Source of the DNA: a virus
Direction: 5' to 3' (one strand)
Length of the DNA: 54,577 nt
UHGV virus genome: UHGV-0031053
The notes under the pieces were generated by a model. It was not told the origin of the DNA. It searched no databases and worked only from the letters and a program-made list of their open reading frames with translations. Below are positions 27,671 through 38,922 of the stretch, piece after piece. The position numbers and the translations under genes are program-made. The stretch's first letter is position 1. Every line of letters begins with the position of its first letter.

Positions 27671-28208
27671 ACTTGCAATAGCAGAACAAGAGCTATATGA
27701 CGAGTCTACAAGTAGGTTCATTTATACACCAAACACGATATTAGAGTTGGAGCACTCATTGATATCCATATCTAAATGGGAGGCTATGTATCATAAGCCT
27801 TTTCTTTCACAAAAACAAAAATCCAAGAAAGAAATTATAGATTATATAAAATGTATGACTATTAACAATTGTAACGATAGCAATGTTTACTTTGCATTAT
27901 CTGATACAAATGTTAAAAAAATAACTGCATACATAGATAATCCTATGACAGCAACTCGGTTTAATGAATCACCAAACGAACGAAAATCAAGTAGAGAACA
28001 AATCACATCGGAGCTTATTTATTATTGGATGGTTGCATTAAATATTCCATTTGAATGCCAAAAGTGGCACTTGAATAGATTACTAACATTAATAAGAATT
28101 TGCAATATTAAGAACGCACCGCCAAAGAAAATGAGTCAACGTGAAATAATGTCAAGAAATACTGCTTTAAACGCAGCACGTAGAAAAGCTCTAGGAACAA
28201 AAGGTTAA
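27663..28208 (+). CDS. second tail chaperone-position gene (gpT-like position; possibly expressed by frameshift from 27275-27670)
   Basis: Overlaps the previous gene end by 8 nt in the +1 frame. Has its own ATG. Confidence 0.35.
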   Translation: MIKLAIAEQELYDESTSRFIYTPNTILELEHSLISISKWEAMYHKPFLSQKQKSKKEIIDYIKCMTINNCNDSNVYFALSDTNVKKITAYIDNPMTATRFNESPNERKSSREQITSELIYYWMVALNIPFECQKWHLNRLLTLIRICNIKNAPPKKMSQREIMSRNTALNAARRKALGTKG

Positions 28209-28229
28209 AAAAGAAAATAAGGAGGTTCC

Positions 28230-28607
28230 ATGATTAAAATTAAAGTTAAAGGAAATTTTGACAAAGTAGATTCTTACTTTAAAAAATCTCGTAAAATATC
28301 AAAATTTAATAATATTCAAATAATTGCTGACAATTGTCTTGAAGCTCTTAAAAGAGCAACTCCTAAAGATACTGGCTTAACTGCAAAGTCATGGAACTAT
28401 GAAATAATAGAAGAAGGCAATGAAAAAAAGATAGCCTTCAATAATACAAATATTCAAAATGGAGTAAATATTGCTCTACTTTTGGAATACGGTCACGGTA
28501 CTCCTAGTGGGACTTGGGTAGAAGGAAAGGAATTCATTGCCCCAACTATTCAAAAGGCCTTACTAGATGCCATTGACCAAGCATGTAAGGAGATGAGAAG
28601 GTTATGA
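28230..28607 (+). CDS. hypothetical protein
   Basis: ORF track. RBS AAGGAGG. The stop overlaps the tape measure gene start. Confidence 0.4.
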   Translation: MIKIKVKGNFDKVDSYFKKSRKISKFNNIQIIADNCLEALKRATPKDTGLTAKSWNYEIIEEGNEKKIAFNNTNIQNGVNIALLLEYGHGTPSGTWVEGKEFIAPTIQKALLDAIDQACKEMRRL

Positions 28608-31600
28608 GTAGTAAATTGGTTGATGAACGTGTCGTTGAGATGACGTTTGACAACAAAAAATTTGAATCAGGTGTTAAACAAAGCATGTCTACGCTTGACA
28701 ACTTCAAAGAATCTCTAAATTTTAAAAGTGCTGCGGCAGCTATGAATGCTTCCTTAGCATCTATTACGGTTAAGCCACTTAGTTCAGCATTAGAAACGGG
28801 AAAGAAGTCATTCAGTTCTTTTGCTGATTATGTTGAATTTACAATTATAAATCGTCTAACTAATAAAATATTAGATCTTGGTGAGAAGACTACAAAAGCA
28901 TTAAGTATTGACCAAATTACAGCTGGTTGGAGTAAGTTAGAATCGGAAGCAAAGAGCTCAGGTACACTAGCTAATATCTATGAGGATATGGACTTCTCAG
29001 GAATTGAAGAGCAAATGAGTAAACTTAAGTGGTATTCAGATGCTACATCTTATTCATACACTACAATGATGGAAACATTACAACAATTTGCGTCAACTGG
29101 TATGGACATTGATAAGGCAGCTACTTCAATTATGGGTATTGCACAATGGGCAGGTCAAGCAGGTGTTGGAGCAACAGAAGCTTCAGCGGCAATGCAACGA
29201 CTTTCTCAGGCCATGATGCAAGATAAGGTTACTTGGCAACAATGGGAATCAATTAACCTAAAAGGAATGAATACTGAAGCTTTCCGTAAGCAGTTGATTG
29301 AAACTGCCAAAGAAATTGGCACAGTAACAGAAGATGCTTTGGGAAATTACTACGTAGCTGGAACTGATAAATTAATTGCAAATTTTGATGAAGCCGCACA
29401 AAAGTGGACTTGGTCTGGATTTAAGGATACAATGTCTGATGGTTGGTTCACAGGTTCAGTATTATCCGAAACATTATCGAAATATGCATCGTCACTAGAT
29501 GATATTTACAATTTAGTTCAAGATGACAGTAATGGCATTGATACAACTCAACAAGCCATCGACGCCTTTAATAAATCGCTTGAAGAAAATGAAATGGGCT
29601 TAACTGAAGAGGATAAGCAATTGCATAAGATGTCTTCATCTGCATTAGAGGCAGCCTCAGAGTGTAGAACATTAACAGATGCTCTTAATGCTGCTAAAGA
29701 TGCTGTGGCTACAGGTTGGATGAATATCTATGGAGCTATATTTGGTAATTATGAAGAGGCTAAACAAGTATGGAATGGACTATATGAAAAGCTAATTTAT
29801 CCAATATTTATTCAAAGTGTTAAGAATCTTGAGGATGTATTCAAGACTTGGAATGAACTTGGCGGACGTTCTAGCTTATTTAATATGGATGAGAATAATG
29901 GTCCCATTGGTGCTTTATGGAATATAGTAGGAGCAGTAAATGATGTTATTGATGTCGTTAAGTCTGCATTCAAGACGGTATTCCCATTCTTTGAAGCATT
30001 CGATGGTAATAAATTGCTTGAGTTTACTAAGTCGTTACAAACATCTACTGCTAAGTTAAGGCTTAATGAGCAATCGGCAGAAAGACTTGGCAACATATTA
30101 AAAGGACTACTATCAGTTATCAAATTAATTGGAAAAGCTATTAAAGCAGCTTGGACTGCAATTGGCCCAATTATAAATTTAGCCAAATCATTTGCCGGTG
30201 CATTTGTTGAAATGCTAAGTGGTATCGGAAAGAATGTAACCGATTTTGCTAATTCTTTCGAAGGATTTGCAAAGGTTGCTAGCATTATTTCAAATAAATT
30301 ACGTGAACTTATTGACTATGTAAGTAAACTTGAAATAATAGTTAAAATTAAAGATAAATTTAATAGTTTTATAGAGCAACTAAAATCCGGTTTCAAACTA
30401 TCCGAAAAAGGTCAAAAAATATTAGAAGGATTTAAAAGCCTTGGACAAATACTTATACAATTATTAAAATCAATTGTTGGAGTGATTGCAAAAATTGTTA
30501 TTCCGGCGATAGGTTTACTTGTAAGCAAATTAGTTTCATTGGCATCTAAAATTGGACCTACTTTAATTAATTTCTTAGCTAAAATTTCAGAGAAGCTAAC
30601 ACAATTTGCAAATTATTTGAAAGAAAATAATCTAATTCAAAATGGGGCACAAAAATTTGTAGATTTCTTTAAAAAGATTCCAAAAGTATTGAGTCCAGTT
30701 TGGAATTTTATAAAGTCTTTCTTTTCTAATATCATCAATGCATTTAAATCATTCGGTGATTTCGTTTCAGGGAAGACTGGTAAAAATATTGGTGATATTT
30801 TCTTAGGAATTTTCAATTCAATTTCTGGTGCAGTTAAAAAGATTGCTTCTGCAATAGCATCTTTCGCTCATATTAATACAAAACCAGTTGAAGATTTCTC
30901 AAATGATGTTGAGAAGAAAACATCACCACTTAAATCATTATTTGATGGTTTAAAATCATTCCTTAATGGTATTTGGTCCGTAGTTAAGGCCGTCGTTCCA
31001 GTAATAGGAAAAATACTTAATAAGATTGGTGATTTATTAAGGGCATTAGCCGGCACTATTAATAACGTATTCAACAATCCGGATAGTCAAGGTATGTCAC
31101 TCACTCAAATACTTACTTCTGGTTTGATTGTAGCAGTTATTGCTAAAATTGCATCAAGTATCTATAATTTAACATTTGCAATTTCAGCATTAATTAAACC
31201 AATTGCAAACTTAATGTCATCGATTCAAGGTGTTATTGATGCTCAAAGTGCAAAGATGTATGCTGAGGCATTCAATACACTTACAAAATCAATAATTATT
31301 ATTGTAGCTGCACTAGTAGTATTATCATTAATTGATACTAAAAAGTTATTAGCAGCTGCTGGAGTGCTAACAGTATTAATTGGCGTTCTCGGTGTTGTTT
31401 TCTATTCACTAACAAAACTATCTTCAATGATAATAGTTGGTAGTAAGACAGCGGCAAGAGCATCTAAAAATATTTCATTATTTAAGTCGAGAATTTCTAA
31501 GACAATAGACGATTTCTCAACTGCGATGTCACAAACTTTAAGAATTGCAGCTATAGGTTCGGCAGTTAAAGAACTTTCCGTAGCACTATTAATTTTAGTA

Positions 31601-34069
31601 ACATCACTTGCAATAATAAATCGTATGGATCATAGTAAAATTTGGGAATCTTTGGGAATATTAGAAGTAATATTAGTTTCTATGGTTGGACTTATTGGTG
31701 CTTTGACATTATTTTCCAAAATTGCTACTAAAAAGTCTATTAAAGCAATGAAAACCATTATAGGATTTGCTGTGTCAGTATCAGCACTAGTTCCTGCAAT
31801 TAACAAAATTGGTCAAATGGATACTAAATTATTAATAAAAGCTGTTTCCACAATATCAGTAATAGGTTTTGCATTTGCACTTATGGCTAAAATAATAGGT
31901 ACACAAGGTACATTTAATAAAGCCCTTAGTCAAATGAAAGGTACTGATAAAATAATCAAAATGATGACAAAAAATGTTAAAACGTCAGTATCACAGTTTG
32001 TTTTATTAGCCGCTGGTATTTGGCTATTCTCAAAAGCAATTGAATCAATGATTGAACCAATGAAGGCAATAAGCACAATGAACACTGGATATGTTTTAGG
32101 TTTCTCTGGTGTTTGCCTTGCAATACTTGGGGCTTTAAGCATAATGTTTAAATCTATTGAAAAAACTAACTTTAAAGCTGCTGCAACATTTGTAAGTGTA
32201 CTGCTTTCATTATCAAAGGGAATTAATATGATTGCAAAAACATTAGTTACTATGAGCAATATAGAAAACCCTTCAATGCTTAAACAAGCAACTAGTTCAA
32301 TGATTCAAATATTAACAATTTTATCTGCAATGATTTTGATAAGTTCTAAGTTTGAAAAAGATAATAAAGGTTTAGGTCTAAGCTTTGCAGGTTCATGTCT
32401 TATGATAGCTGCATCATTAAGGGTTATTGCTGATGCATTGAAGGTTCTTTCGACTATAGATACTAAAAATATAGCCATAGGTGTAGGTGTTCTTACTTTA
32501 TTGGTGGGTTTATTAACCGCTGTGACTATTGTACTGTCAAAGATGACTCAGGCTAAAAATACTAATGTATTGGGTGATATGGCATCGGCGATGATTTCTT
32601 TATCAATATCATTGCTTGCTATGGCTTTAGCCATAAAGGTTCTTGGAAAACTGGATTTGGCAACATTGGCAAAAGGCTTAGGTGCAATAATAATTGTATT
32701 AGTAGCAGTAACAGCATCGTTTGTTATCCTATCTAAACTCGGGCCAACACTTATAATTGTGGCAGCTGCTTTTGCTGCAGTGGCTATATCGGTTTATATA
32801 CTTGCATCGGCATTCTACAAGACAGCAGAGGCTATGGGATTGTTTGCGGATAATACTGAGAAATTTGTAGAATCTATAAATAAGAATTCAGAAGGTCTTA
32901 AGAAATCATTTAAAGTAATGGGTTTATCTCTAGGTCTAGCTATTGTTGAAATGTCAAAGACGATAGGCGAGCATAAAAATGAACTTATAAGTGCATTCTT
33001 TGAATTATTTCTCGGAACACTTGTGGAAATGCATAATAGCCTCAATGAATTTATAGATGAAATATTAAGCATAGTATTTGATGTTTTGTATGCTATTGAT
33101 AACAATATCGCAGAGTTAATAAACGTGCTTGGTGATATTTGTTACAATATAGTTATGGGAGGATTAGAATTCTTATTAAAGAAAATACCAGAATTTTGTT
33201 CTAAATTAGTGGACCTTATTTGTAATTGTTTATATGAATTAGGACCTATTTTAGATGAAGGTGGTGGAAAATTGCATGATGCACTTGTTGATTTTGCTGG
33301 GCATTTACTAAGTGCTATTGGTAAATTCATATTTGGTGCTGATTTTGTAGAAGGTGTAAAAGGGTTCTGGAATAGTGCTTTTGGAAAAGCAATAGAAGAT
33401 GCTGGAAACAATCTTGGACCATTAGATAAAGAAGTTAAATCATATGGTGCTAATATTATTGAAGGTCTTGGCGATGGAGTAAATGGTCGTAAAAATTATG
33501 TTCTTGACGCTTTTAAATCTTTGGGTGAAGGTATTGCGGATTGGTGGACAAGTTTTTGGGATATTCATTCACCATCAAAAGTGTTTGCTAGTTACGGCGA
33601 CTATATGGTGCAAGGTCTGGCTATTGGTTTAACTGATAACTCTGGCAAAGCTATTAATGCAATTGATGATGTCGGCAATGACGTTGCTGATAGTATGACT
33701 AAAATAATATCAAATGTTTCAAAGTCACTTAATTCCGATATTGGTGATGATTTGGTAATTACACCAGTATTAGACTTGACTGAAATTCAAAATGGAACTG
33801 ATAAGATTTCGGGAATGATGAATTCCATCGATGGCTACGAGATTTCAGGATCTAATACATATGCAGTTAAGGCGGCTAGAAGTGCTCAAGTAAGAAATGA
33901 TGGTTATAAAGGTGCTAATGGCTCCACAACTAATACAACTAATAATGATAATAGCAGCACTGTTAACAATTTTTATATAACAGGTGACAGTCCTGATGAT
34001 ATTGCTGACAAAGTTGCTAAAGAATTACAAAAACAAGTAAATAAGGGGAAGGCAGTATGGGGACATTAA
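28604..34069 (+). CDS. tail tape measure protein
   Basis: 1821 aa, the longest tail gene. Extended helical and hydrophobic (TM-like) stretches, typical placement. Confidence 0.85.
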   Translation: MSSKLVDERVVEMTFDNKKFESGVKQSMSTLDNFKESLNFKSAAAAMNASLASITVKPLSSALETGKKSFSSFADYVEFTIINRLTNKILDLGEKTTKALSIDQITAGWSKLESEAKSSGTLANIYEDMDFSGIEEQMSKLKWYSDATSYSYTTMMETLQQFASTGMDIDKAATSIMGIAQWAGQAGVGATEASAAMQRLSQAMMQDKVTWQQWESINLKGMNTEAFRKQLIETAKEIGTVTEDALGNYYVAGTDKLIANFDEAAQKWTWSGFKDTMSDGWFTGSVLSETLSKYASSLDDIYNLVQDDSNGIDTTQQAIDAFNKSLEENEMGLTEEDKQLHKMSSSALEAASECRTLTDALNAAKDAVATGWMNIYGAIFGNYEEAKQVWNGLYEKLIYPIFIQSVKNLEDVFKTWNELGGRSSLFNMDENNGPIGALWNIVGAVNDVIDVVKSAFKTVFPFFEAFDGNKLLEFTKSLQTSTAKLRLNEQSAERLGNILKGLLSVIKLIGKAIKAAWTAIGPIINLAKSFAGAFVEMLSGIGKNVTDFANSFEGFAKVASIISNKLRELIDYVSKLEIIVKIKDKFNSFIEQLKSGFKLSEKGQKILEGFKSLGQILIQLLKSIVGVIAKIVIPAIGLLVSKLVSLASKIGPTLINFLAKISEKLTQFANYLKENNLIQNGAQKFVDFFKKIPKVLSPVWNFIKSFFSNIINAFKSFGDFVSGKTGKNIGDIFLGIFNSISGAVKKIASAIASFAHINTKPVEDFSNDVEKKTSPLKSLFDGLKSFLNGIWSVVKAVVPVIGKILNKIGDLLRALAGTINNVFNNPDSQGMSLTQILTSGLIVAVIAKIASSIYNLTFAISALIKPIANLMSSIQGVIDAQSAKMYAEAFNTLTKSIIIIVAALVVLSLIDTKKLLAAAGVLTVLIGVLGVVFYSLTKLSSMIIVGSKTAARASKNISLFKSRISKTIDDFSTAMSQTLRIAAIGSAVKELSVALLILVTSLAIINRMDHSKIWESLGILEVILVSMVGLIGALTLFSKIATKKSIKAMKTIIGFAVSVSALVPAINKIGQMDTKLLIKAVSTISVIGFAFALMAKIIGTQGTFNKALSQMKGTDKIIKMMTKNVKTSVSQFVLLAAGIWLFSKAIESMIEPMKAISTMNTGYVLGFSGVCLAILGALSIMFKSIEKTNFKAAATFVSVLLSLSKGINMIAKTLVTMSNIENPSMLKQATSSMIQILTILSAMILISSKFEKDNKGLGLSFAGSCLMIAASLRVIADALKVLSTIDTKNIAIGVGVLTLLVGLLTAVTIVLSKMTQAKNTNVLGDMASAMISLSISLLAMALAIKVLGKLDLATLAKGLGAIIIVLVAVTASFVILSKLGPTLIIVAAAFAAVAISVYILASAFYKTAEAMGLFADNTEKFVESINKNSEGLKKSFKVMGLSLGLAIVEMSKTIGEHKNELISAFFELFLGTLVEMHNSLNEFIDEILSIVFDVLYAIDNNIAELINVLGDICYNIVMGGLEFLLKKIPEFCSKLVDLICNCLYELGPILDEGGGKLHDALVDFAGHLLSAIGKFIFGADFVEGVKGFWNSAFGKAIEDAGNNLGPLDKEVKSYGANIIEGLGDGVNGRKNYVLDAFKSLGEGIADWWTSFWDIHSPSKVFASYGDYMVQGLAIGLTDNSGKAINAIDDVGNDVADSMTKIISNVSKSLNSDIGDDLVITPVLDLTEIQNGTDKISGMMNSIDGYEISGSNTYAVKAARSAQVRNDGYKGANGSTTNTTNNDNSSTVNNFYITGDSPDDIADKVAKELQKQVNKGKAVWGH

Positions 34070-34800
34070 TTTTTAATGGTATATCTTCGGAGGAATTGAG
34101 TATAATTATTCAAGCACCTCCTACATATGCCATTCCAGAAAAAGATTATACAGTAACTCACATTAATGGTAAAAATGGGGATATTATTTTAAATGATAAA
34201 TCTTACAAGAATGTTGAAATTACTTATAGTCTTGCTTGTATTTTCCAAAACGAAACTAATTTCGCTACAAATGCTGAAGCTATTTCAACTTGGTTACATT
34301 CAGCAGATGGCTATGCTAGACTAGAGGATTCTTATGATCCTGAAGTTTTTAGATTAGCTATGTATAAAGATTCTGCTGAAATGCAAAATTATTATGATAC
34401 AGTTACTACTATTACGCCCGTATTTAATTGCAAACCTCAAAGATACTATAAGTCAGGTGATAATTTTGTTGAAATTGTGAATGGACAAGCTGTGATTAAT
34501 CCTACTGGTTTTAAGGCATTACCGCTTATCTCTTTTACTCAAGCTGATAGTAGTAAGGAATCTAAGATTACATTTACAAATGGTTCAAATGTTTCTACAT
34601 TGACTTTATCTCAAACATTAAAGAATGATAATATCTATGTTGATTGTGAAATTATGGAAGTTTATACGGATACTTCACTTATTAATAATAAAGTATCAAT
34701 TAACACGGATGAATTTCTTTGTTTAGATAAAGGTACAACGATAATTACATTTGAAAATATTACAAACCTAAAAATCAAACCAAGGTGGTGGAGTCTATGA
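34057..34800 (+). CDS. distal tail protein (Dit)
   Basis: Immediately after the tape measure gene. N-terminus MGTLIFNGISSEELSIII is typical of siphophage Dit. Confidence 0.55.
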   Translation: MGTLIFNGISSEELSIIIQAPPTYAIPEKDYTVTHINGKNGDIILNDKSYKNVEITYSLACIFQNETNFATNAEAISTWLHSADGYARLEDSYDPEVFRLAMYKDSAEMQNYYDTVTTITPVFNCKPQRYYKSGDNFVEIVNGQAVINPTGFKALPLISFTQADSSKESKITFTNGSNVSTLTLSQTLKNDNIYVDCEIMEVYTDTSLINNKVSINTDEFLCLDKGTTIITFENITNLKIKPRWWSL

Positions 34801-37800
34801 TTATCTTATTCGATAGAAATGAAAAGAAATTCACTACTCTTGGTATTGGTGTATTAAAAGATGCTCATTCATGCATTGTCAAAGAAGCTCTTAACGGAGA
34901 ATTTACTCTTGAAATGGAATATCCGGTTGATGGACAACATTACGAAGATATACAGCAAAAAAGAATTATCTTAGCTAAACCAAATCCATATATGAGAGCC
35001 CAACCATTTCGTATCAATAGTATTGAAAGACCTATTGATGGAGTCGTTACTGTATCGGCAGAACACATATCATACGATTTAAGTGGACTTCCAGTAAAAG
35101 AACTTAATACAGAGGATGAATCATTTCAAAATGAAACAAATAAGGTTCAAGCAGCTTTTGATTCGTTGAAGAAAAATTCAGCCTTACCAATGCCATTTAA
35201 CTTTGTAGCTGAGCTTACTTCAAAAGTTGAACTAAATACTGCCACACCAGCTAATGCTAGAAGTATGTTGGCTGGTTCTAGTGGCTCAATATTAGAGACA
35301 TATGGTGGCGAATTTATATTTGACCAATATGATGTCAAATTAGTTAAAAACCGTGGCTATGATAGAGGATTTAGTATAAAGTACGGAAAGAACATGACTG
35401 ACCTTGAACAAGATATCGACGGTTCTAAACTTTATACAGGCGTTTATCCATATTACTTTGTTAAAGAAAGTAAAACAGTAACAAGCAAAAAAATGCAATA
35501 TCGAAAGGTCTATATAGTTCCTAATAGTGAACCTTATAGAGCTGGTTGGTTGACTGCAGTTGATAGTAGTACTGCAAGTAAAACTGCTATACTAACAGCG
35601 TTCTTGGATAAATTAAGTCCAGTAATAATATCGGCTGATAGTGATTACGTTTACAACAATAAAACATATAATGTTAACAATCAAGTATTCATTTACACTA
35701 CAAATGACACTGATGGTCCCATAACAGTTACTAACACTGATAATAACAATGTTACTACTACAATTACAGTAGAATCTGGAAAAGGTTATTACAAGAGAGT
35801 TGACACCGAGTACATACGAGTATATACTAAAAGTGATAGCGAAACATTTAGCAAGTCATGGCTATCTAACAAAGAGAAGGGCAACGCTATTACTCCTGAA
35901 GCAGGTAAATTGTATCAGGTATGGTCTGAAGGATTGTATTATCTATATATTTATGCTTGGATTGAAAAACTTAATAAATATATGCAAGTAGGAGCTTCTA
36001 CTGTTTATGCATATATTAAAAATATTAATGTTAAAGTCAAAGATAGTGATATGGAAAAAGGTTTATCAAGTTATGCAGTTGATGAACTTGTTACAACGTC
36101 TGGTAGTGCATTAGCCTTATATGACAATAGACTTTACAAGATTATTAAAGATTATAAAGATGGATTCTCAAAAGGAACTTACTACTACGATAAAAATTCT
36201 AATCGATTTATCAAAAGTGAGCCGGATGCAAGACGTGATTCTGAGTGGTTGTCAAAAGGTTCACCTACTCAATCTGCTATTGACCCAGCAGTTTCGACGA
36301 ATGTAACTTATGTAATTAACAACTCCGATTTAGTAAATCAAAATGGAGAATCTTTTAAGAATTATACTTACATTTGGGTTAAAGCTGAGAATAAAGATGA
36401 AGGACAATATTATTTGGTATCTAAGACTAAGGTTTATTATCCACCTTTAGGACTAACTTCAACTGAAACTATTGAGAGTAACAATAGTGTTTACATTCCA
36501 GAAGGTATAATTTATCTTGGAAGTGTTGATACATATATTAGAGATGCCGAGCAATACTCAAAAGATTGGTTATCACTTACATCAGGTGGAGAAGCAATAT
36601 CACCTGAAGAAGGAGTTCCTTACCGAATTGTTAATGAGGGTTCGGATTTGAAGTACCATACATTCTATTGGACTGGTACTAAATATGTCGCTGCTGATTC
36701 TGAGGATTCACCTATAGTTCAGAACATCTATTCACTGGATTGTTCTAACGAATTTGATGCTAAACCTACTGAGGATGAATTAAGAACTAAAGCTCAGGAA
36801 TTGATTAAGGATAGCGATGTTGGTCAGTTAACTGAATCAGTAACAGTATCATTTACAAATTTATCTGAGAGTAGTGAATATGCTCATTTAAAAGCCTTCG
36901 AACAAGTTGAACTTGGTGATATCGTTCACGTTGAGTATTCACGACTTGGTGTTAAGACGTTACTTAAAGTAATAACAACTGAGTACAATGTTCTAACGGG
37001 TAGATACAATAGTATTGAAATGGGTACAACCAAAGCTACAATCGTTAACAGTATCGTTTGCAAGAATGACAATATTAGTAGTTTAACAAACGATAAAGGT
37101 TACACTGACCAAACGACAGTAAATGAACTGATTGCTAAAAATATTACAGCTGAGTTTATCAAAGCTCAGAATGCTGAATTAAGTCAAGCACAGATTGACC
37201 AATTATCTTCAGGTCAATTGAATGTAGATGGCAATATTAATATTACAAGGGGTTCTATTAATATTCAAAATGAAGAGAACAATACTCAATTTAGTGTATC
37301 ATCAGATGGTAATGTGATTGCTAATAGTGTTGAAATTAAAGGACATGTTGAAGCTGATAGTGGTAAAATCGCCGGATTTGATATTAATTCCGATGGATTA
37401 ACAAAAGGTACTGATGGGGCTGATAATTATGTATATCTCGGACCGAAAGGTATAAAAATTGGTAAAGAAAAATTTGAAGTTGATGATCATGGGAATGTTA
37501 AAGCAAATGGGTTCTTAACATGGAATAATGTTACTCAAGCATTAACTGAAGATACATCTCATGGTGTAACATTAAACGAATATGATGGTGCTAGTAAGTT
37601 CTCTGTTGAAGCGATTAACGCTAATCATGGAAGAGTTGGACCTTTGAAAATAAGTGGCTATGATTTGGATTATATAGATGCAACTAAAGATGTTATAAAT
37701 GTAGCATTTCATAATCGACAAGATTTTCTTCATGGTTATGCACACAATTGTTTAAATGATACGTTATTGTATGGTGGCGTAGTACTTGACAACTTCGCGT

Positions 37801-38219
37801 ATCATACAATTCTTGGTGGGGCTGACTATGGTCTTGGATCTAATGGAGGATTACAAGTATGTAGGGTATATAAAGGTGAAAATGCAAGTGGAAGAGTATC
37901 CGATAGGCGTGTGTTTAATCCAAATGAGTTAGGAAATATGATTATACTTGATAAAAAAGATACAAGTTATAAATTCACGTCCCCAATTAAATTCGGTACA
38001 CAATCAGTAACAATGGCAACAGTATCAAGCACTAATCAGCAAGCATATTCAATAGATGGAGCTCATTGTATATACGCAGCTTGGTGCGTTGATGACACTA
38101 ATTGGACAAATACTTGTCTAGCAATATCATGGACACCTATCGGCAACACAATAAAATTATATAGTGGCAAAACAGATGTCGGAACAAGAAAAGTTCATTT
38201 ATTTTATATATATAATTAA
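34785..38219 (+). CDS. tail-associated protein Tal (baseplate hub/tail tip)
   Basis: N-terminus MIILFDRNEKKFTTLGIGVLKDAHSCIVKEALNGEFTLEMEYP is Tal-like. 1144 aa, follows Dit. Confidence 0.6.
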   Translation: MVESMIILFDRNEKKFTTLGIGVLKDAHSCIVKEALNGEFTLEMEYPVDGQHYEDIQQKRIILAKPNPYMRAQPFRINSIERPIDGVVTVSAEHISYDLSGLPVKELNTEDESFQNETNKVQAAFDSLKKNSALPMPFNFVAELTSKVELNTATPANARSMLAGSSGSILETYGGEFIFDQYDVKLVKNRGYDRGFSIKYGKNMTDLEQDIDGSKLYTGVYPYYFVKESKTVTSKKMQYRKVYIVPNSEPYRAGWLTAVDSSTASKTAILTAFLDKLSPVIISADSDYVYNNKTYNVNNQVFIYTTNDTDGPITVTNTDNNNVTTTITVESGKGYYKRVDTEYIRVYTKSDSETFSKSWLSNKEKGNAITPEAGKLYQVWSEGLYYLYIYAWIEKLNKYMQVGASTVYAYIKNINVKVKDSDMEKGLSSYAVDELVTTSGSALALYDNRLYKIIKDYKDGFSKGTYYYDKNSNRFIKSEPDARRDSEWLSKGSPTQSAIDPAVSTNVTYVINNSDLVNQNGESFKNYTYIWVKAENKDEGQYYLVSKTKVYYPPLGLTSTETIESNNSVYIPEGIIYLGSVDTYIRDAEQYSKDWLSLTSGGEAISPEEGVPYRIVNEGSDLKYHTFYWTGTKYVAADSEDSPIVQNIYSLDCSNEFDAKPTEDELRTKAQELIKDSDVGQLTESVTVSFTNLSESSEYAHLKAFEQVELGDIVHVEYSRLGVKTLLKVITTEYNVLTGRYNSIEMGTTKATIVNSIVCKNDNISSLTNDKGYTDQTTVNELIAKNITAEFIKAQNAELSQAQIDQLSSGQLNVDGNINITRGSINIQNEENNTQFSVSSDGNVIANSVEIKGHVEADSGKIAGFDINSDGLTKGTDGADNYVYLGPKGIKIGKEKFEVDDHGNVKANGFLTWNNVTQALTEDTSHGVTLNEYDGASKFSVEAINANHGRVGPLKISGYDLDYIDATKDVINVAFHNRQDFLHGYAHNCLNDTLLYGGVVLDNFAYHTILGGADYGLGSNGGLQVCRVYKGENASGRVSDRRVFNPNELGNMIILDKKDTSYKFTSPIKFGTQSVTMATVSSTNQQAYSIDGAHCIYAAWCVDDTNWTNTCLAISWTPIGNTIKLYSGKTDVGTRKVHLFYIYN

Positions 38220-38239
38220 TATAATGGAGGTTATGCAAT

Positions 38240-38698
38240 ATGAGAAAAGGATTGATATTTTATGTTTTATGTGGTTTTTGTGCTTTAAGCACTATAGGAA
38301 CTTTATCTTCATGCAGCAGCACAAATGTAGATAATTCTTCTATAAAAACTTCATCTTCATGTAGCACCACTAATCATAATGAATCTAAAAAGGAGGAAAC
38401 AATTGTGACGGACTACAATAATTTAGATGAGTTGATGCAAAGTTTAAAGATTGACCCAGACTCAGTTGTTGGAAAAACTGTTACTATTTTATATGATGAT
38501 ATAGACATACCAATTGGTGGAATTAGAGAATTTTTTCAAGACTCAGATTATCATTTTTATTGCGAGATTGATATGGAAAAAATCCCAACCCCAACCTCTG
38601 GTGATATATTTAAGTTTAAAGTTACTGATGTAAGAATTCCAACCCCCGCAATTCAATTTTATAGTATTGGTTTATACGATTTATCCGAAATTCAATAA
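38240..38698 (+). CDS. lipoprotein (signal peptide with lipobox LSSC)
   Basis: MRKGLIFYVLCGFCALSTIGTLSSCSS. Sits inside the tail module, so a superinfection-exclusion candidate. Confidence 0.55.
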   Translation: MRKGLIFYVLCGFCALSTIGTLSSCSSTNVDNSSIKTSSSCSTTNHNESKKEETIVTDYNNLDELMQSLKIDPDSVVGKTVTILYDDIDIPIGGIREFFQDSDYHFYCEIDMEKIPTPTSGDIFKFKVTDVRIPTPAIQFYSIGLYDLSEIQ

Positions 38699-38754
38699 CT
38701 AACTATAAAAGATTAGAGTTATTCACATGACATAAAAATAGAAAGAGGTTATAT

Positions 38755-38823
38755 GTTTATGAGAAAAGGGTTAATATCTTATGCATCATTCTGGATATGT
38801 ATTTCAAACAAATTAATTTAATA
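38755..38823 (+). pseudogene. degenerate duplicate of the lipoprotein N-terminus
   Basis: ATGTTTATGAGAAAAGGGTTAATATCTTATGC... encodes MFMRKGLISYASFWICISNKLI*, cf. MRKGLIFYVLCGFC in the 38240 gene. Confidence 0.35.
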
Positions 38824-38837
38824 ACTAACTAATTATA

Positions 38838-38867
38838 CCTAGGCTTTTCAGAGTCTAGGTTTTTTTT
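38838..38867 (+). terminator. rho-independent terminator
   Basis: CCTAGGCT tttc AGTCTAGG followed by T8. Confidence 0.6.
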
Positions 38868-38922
38868 GTGCTTAGCGAGTAGCACTTATGAAACTCGTAA
38901 ATTGTAAAATAGGAGGTTATAT

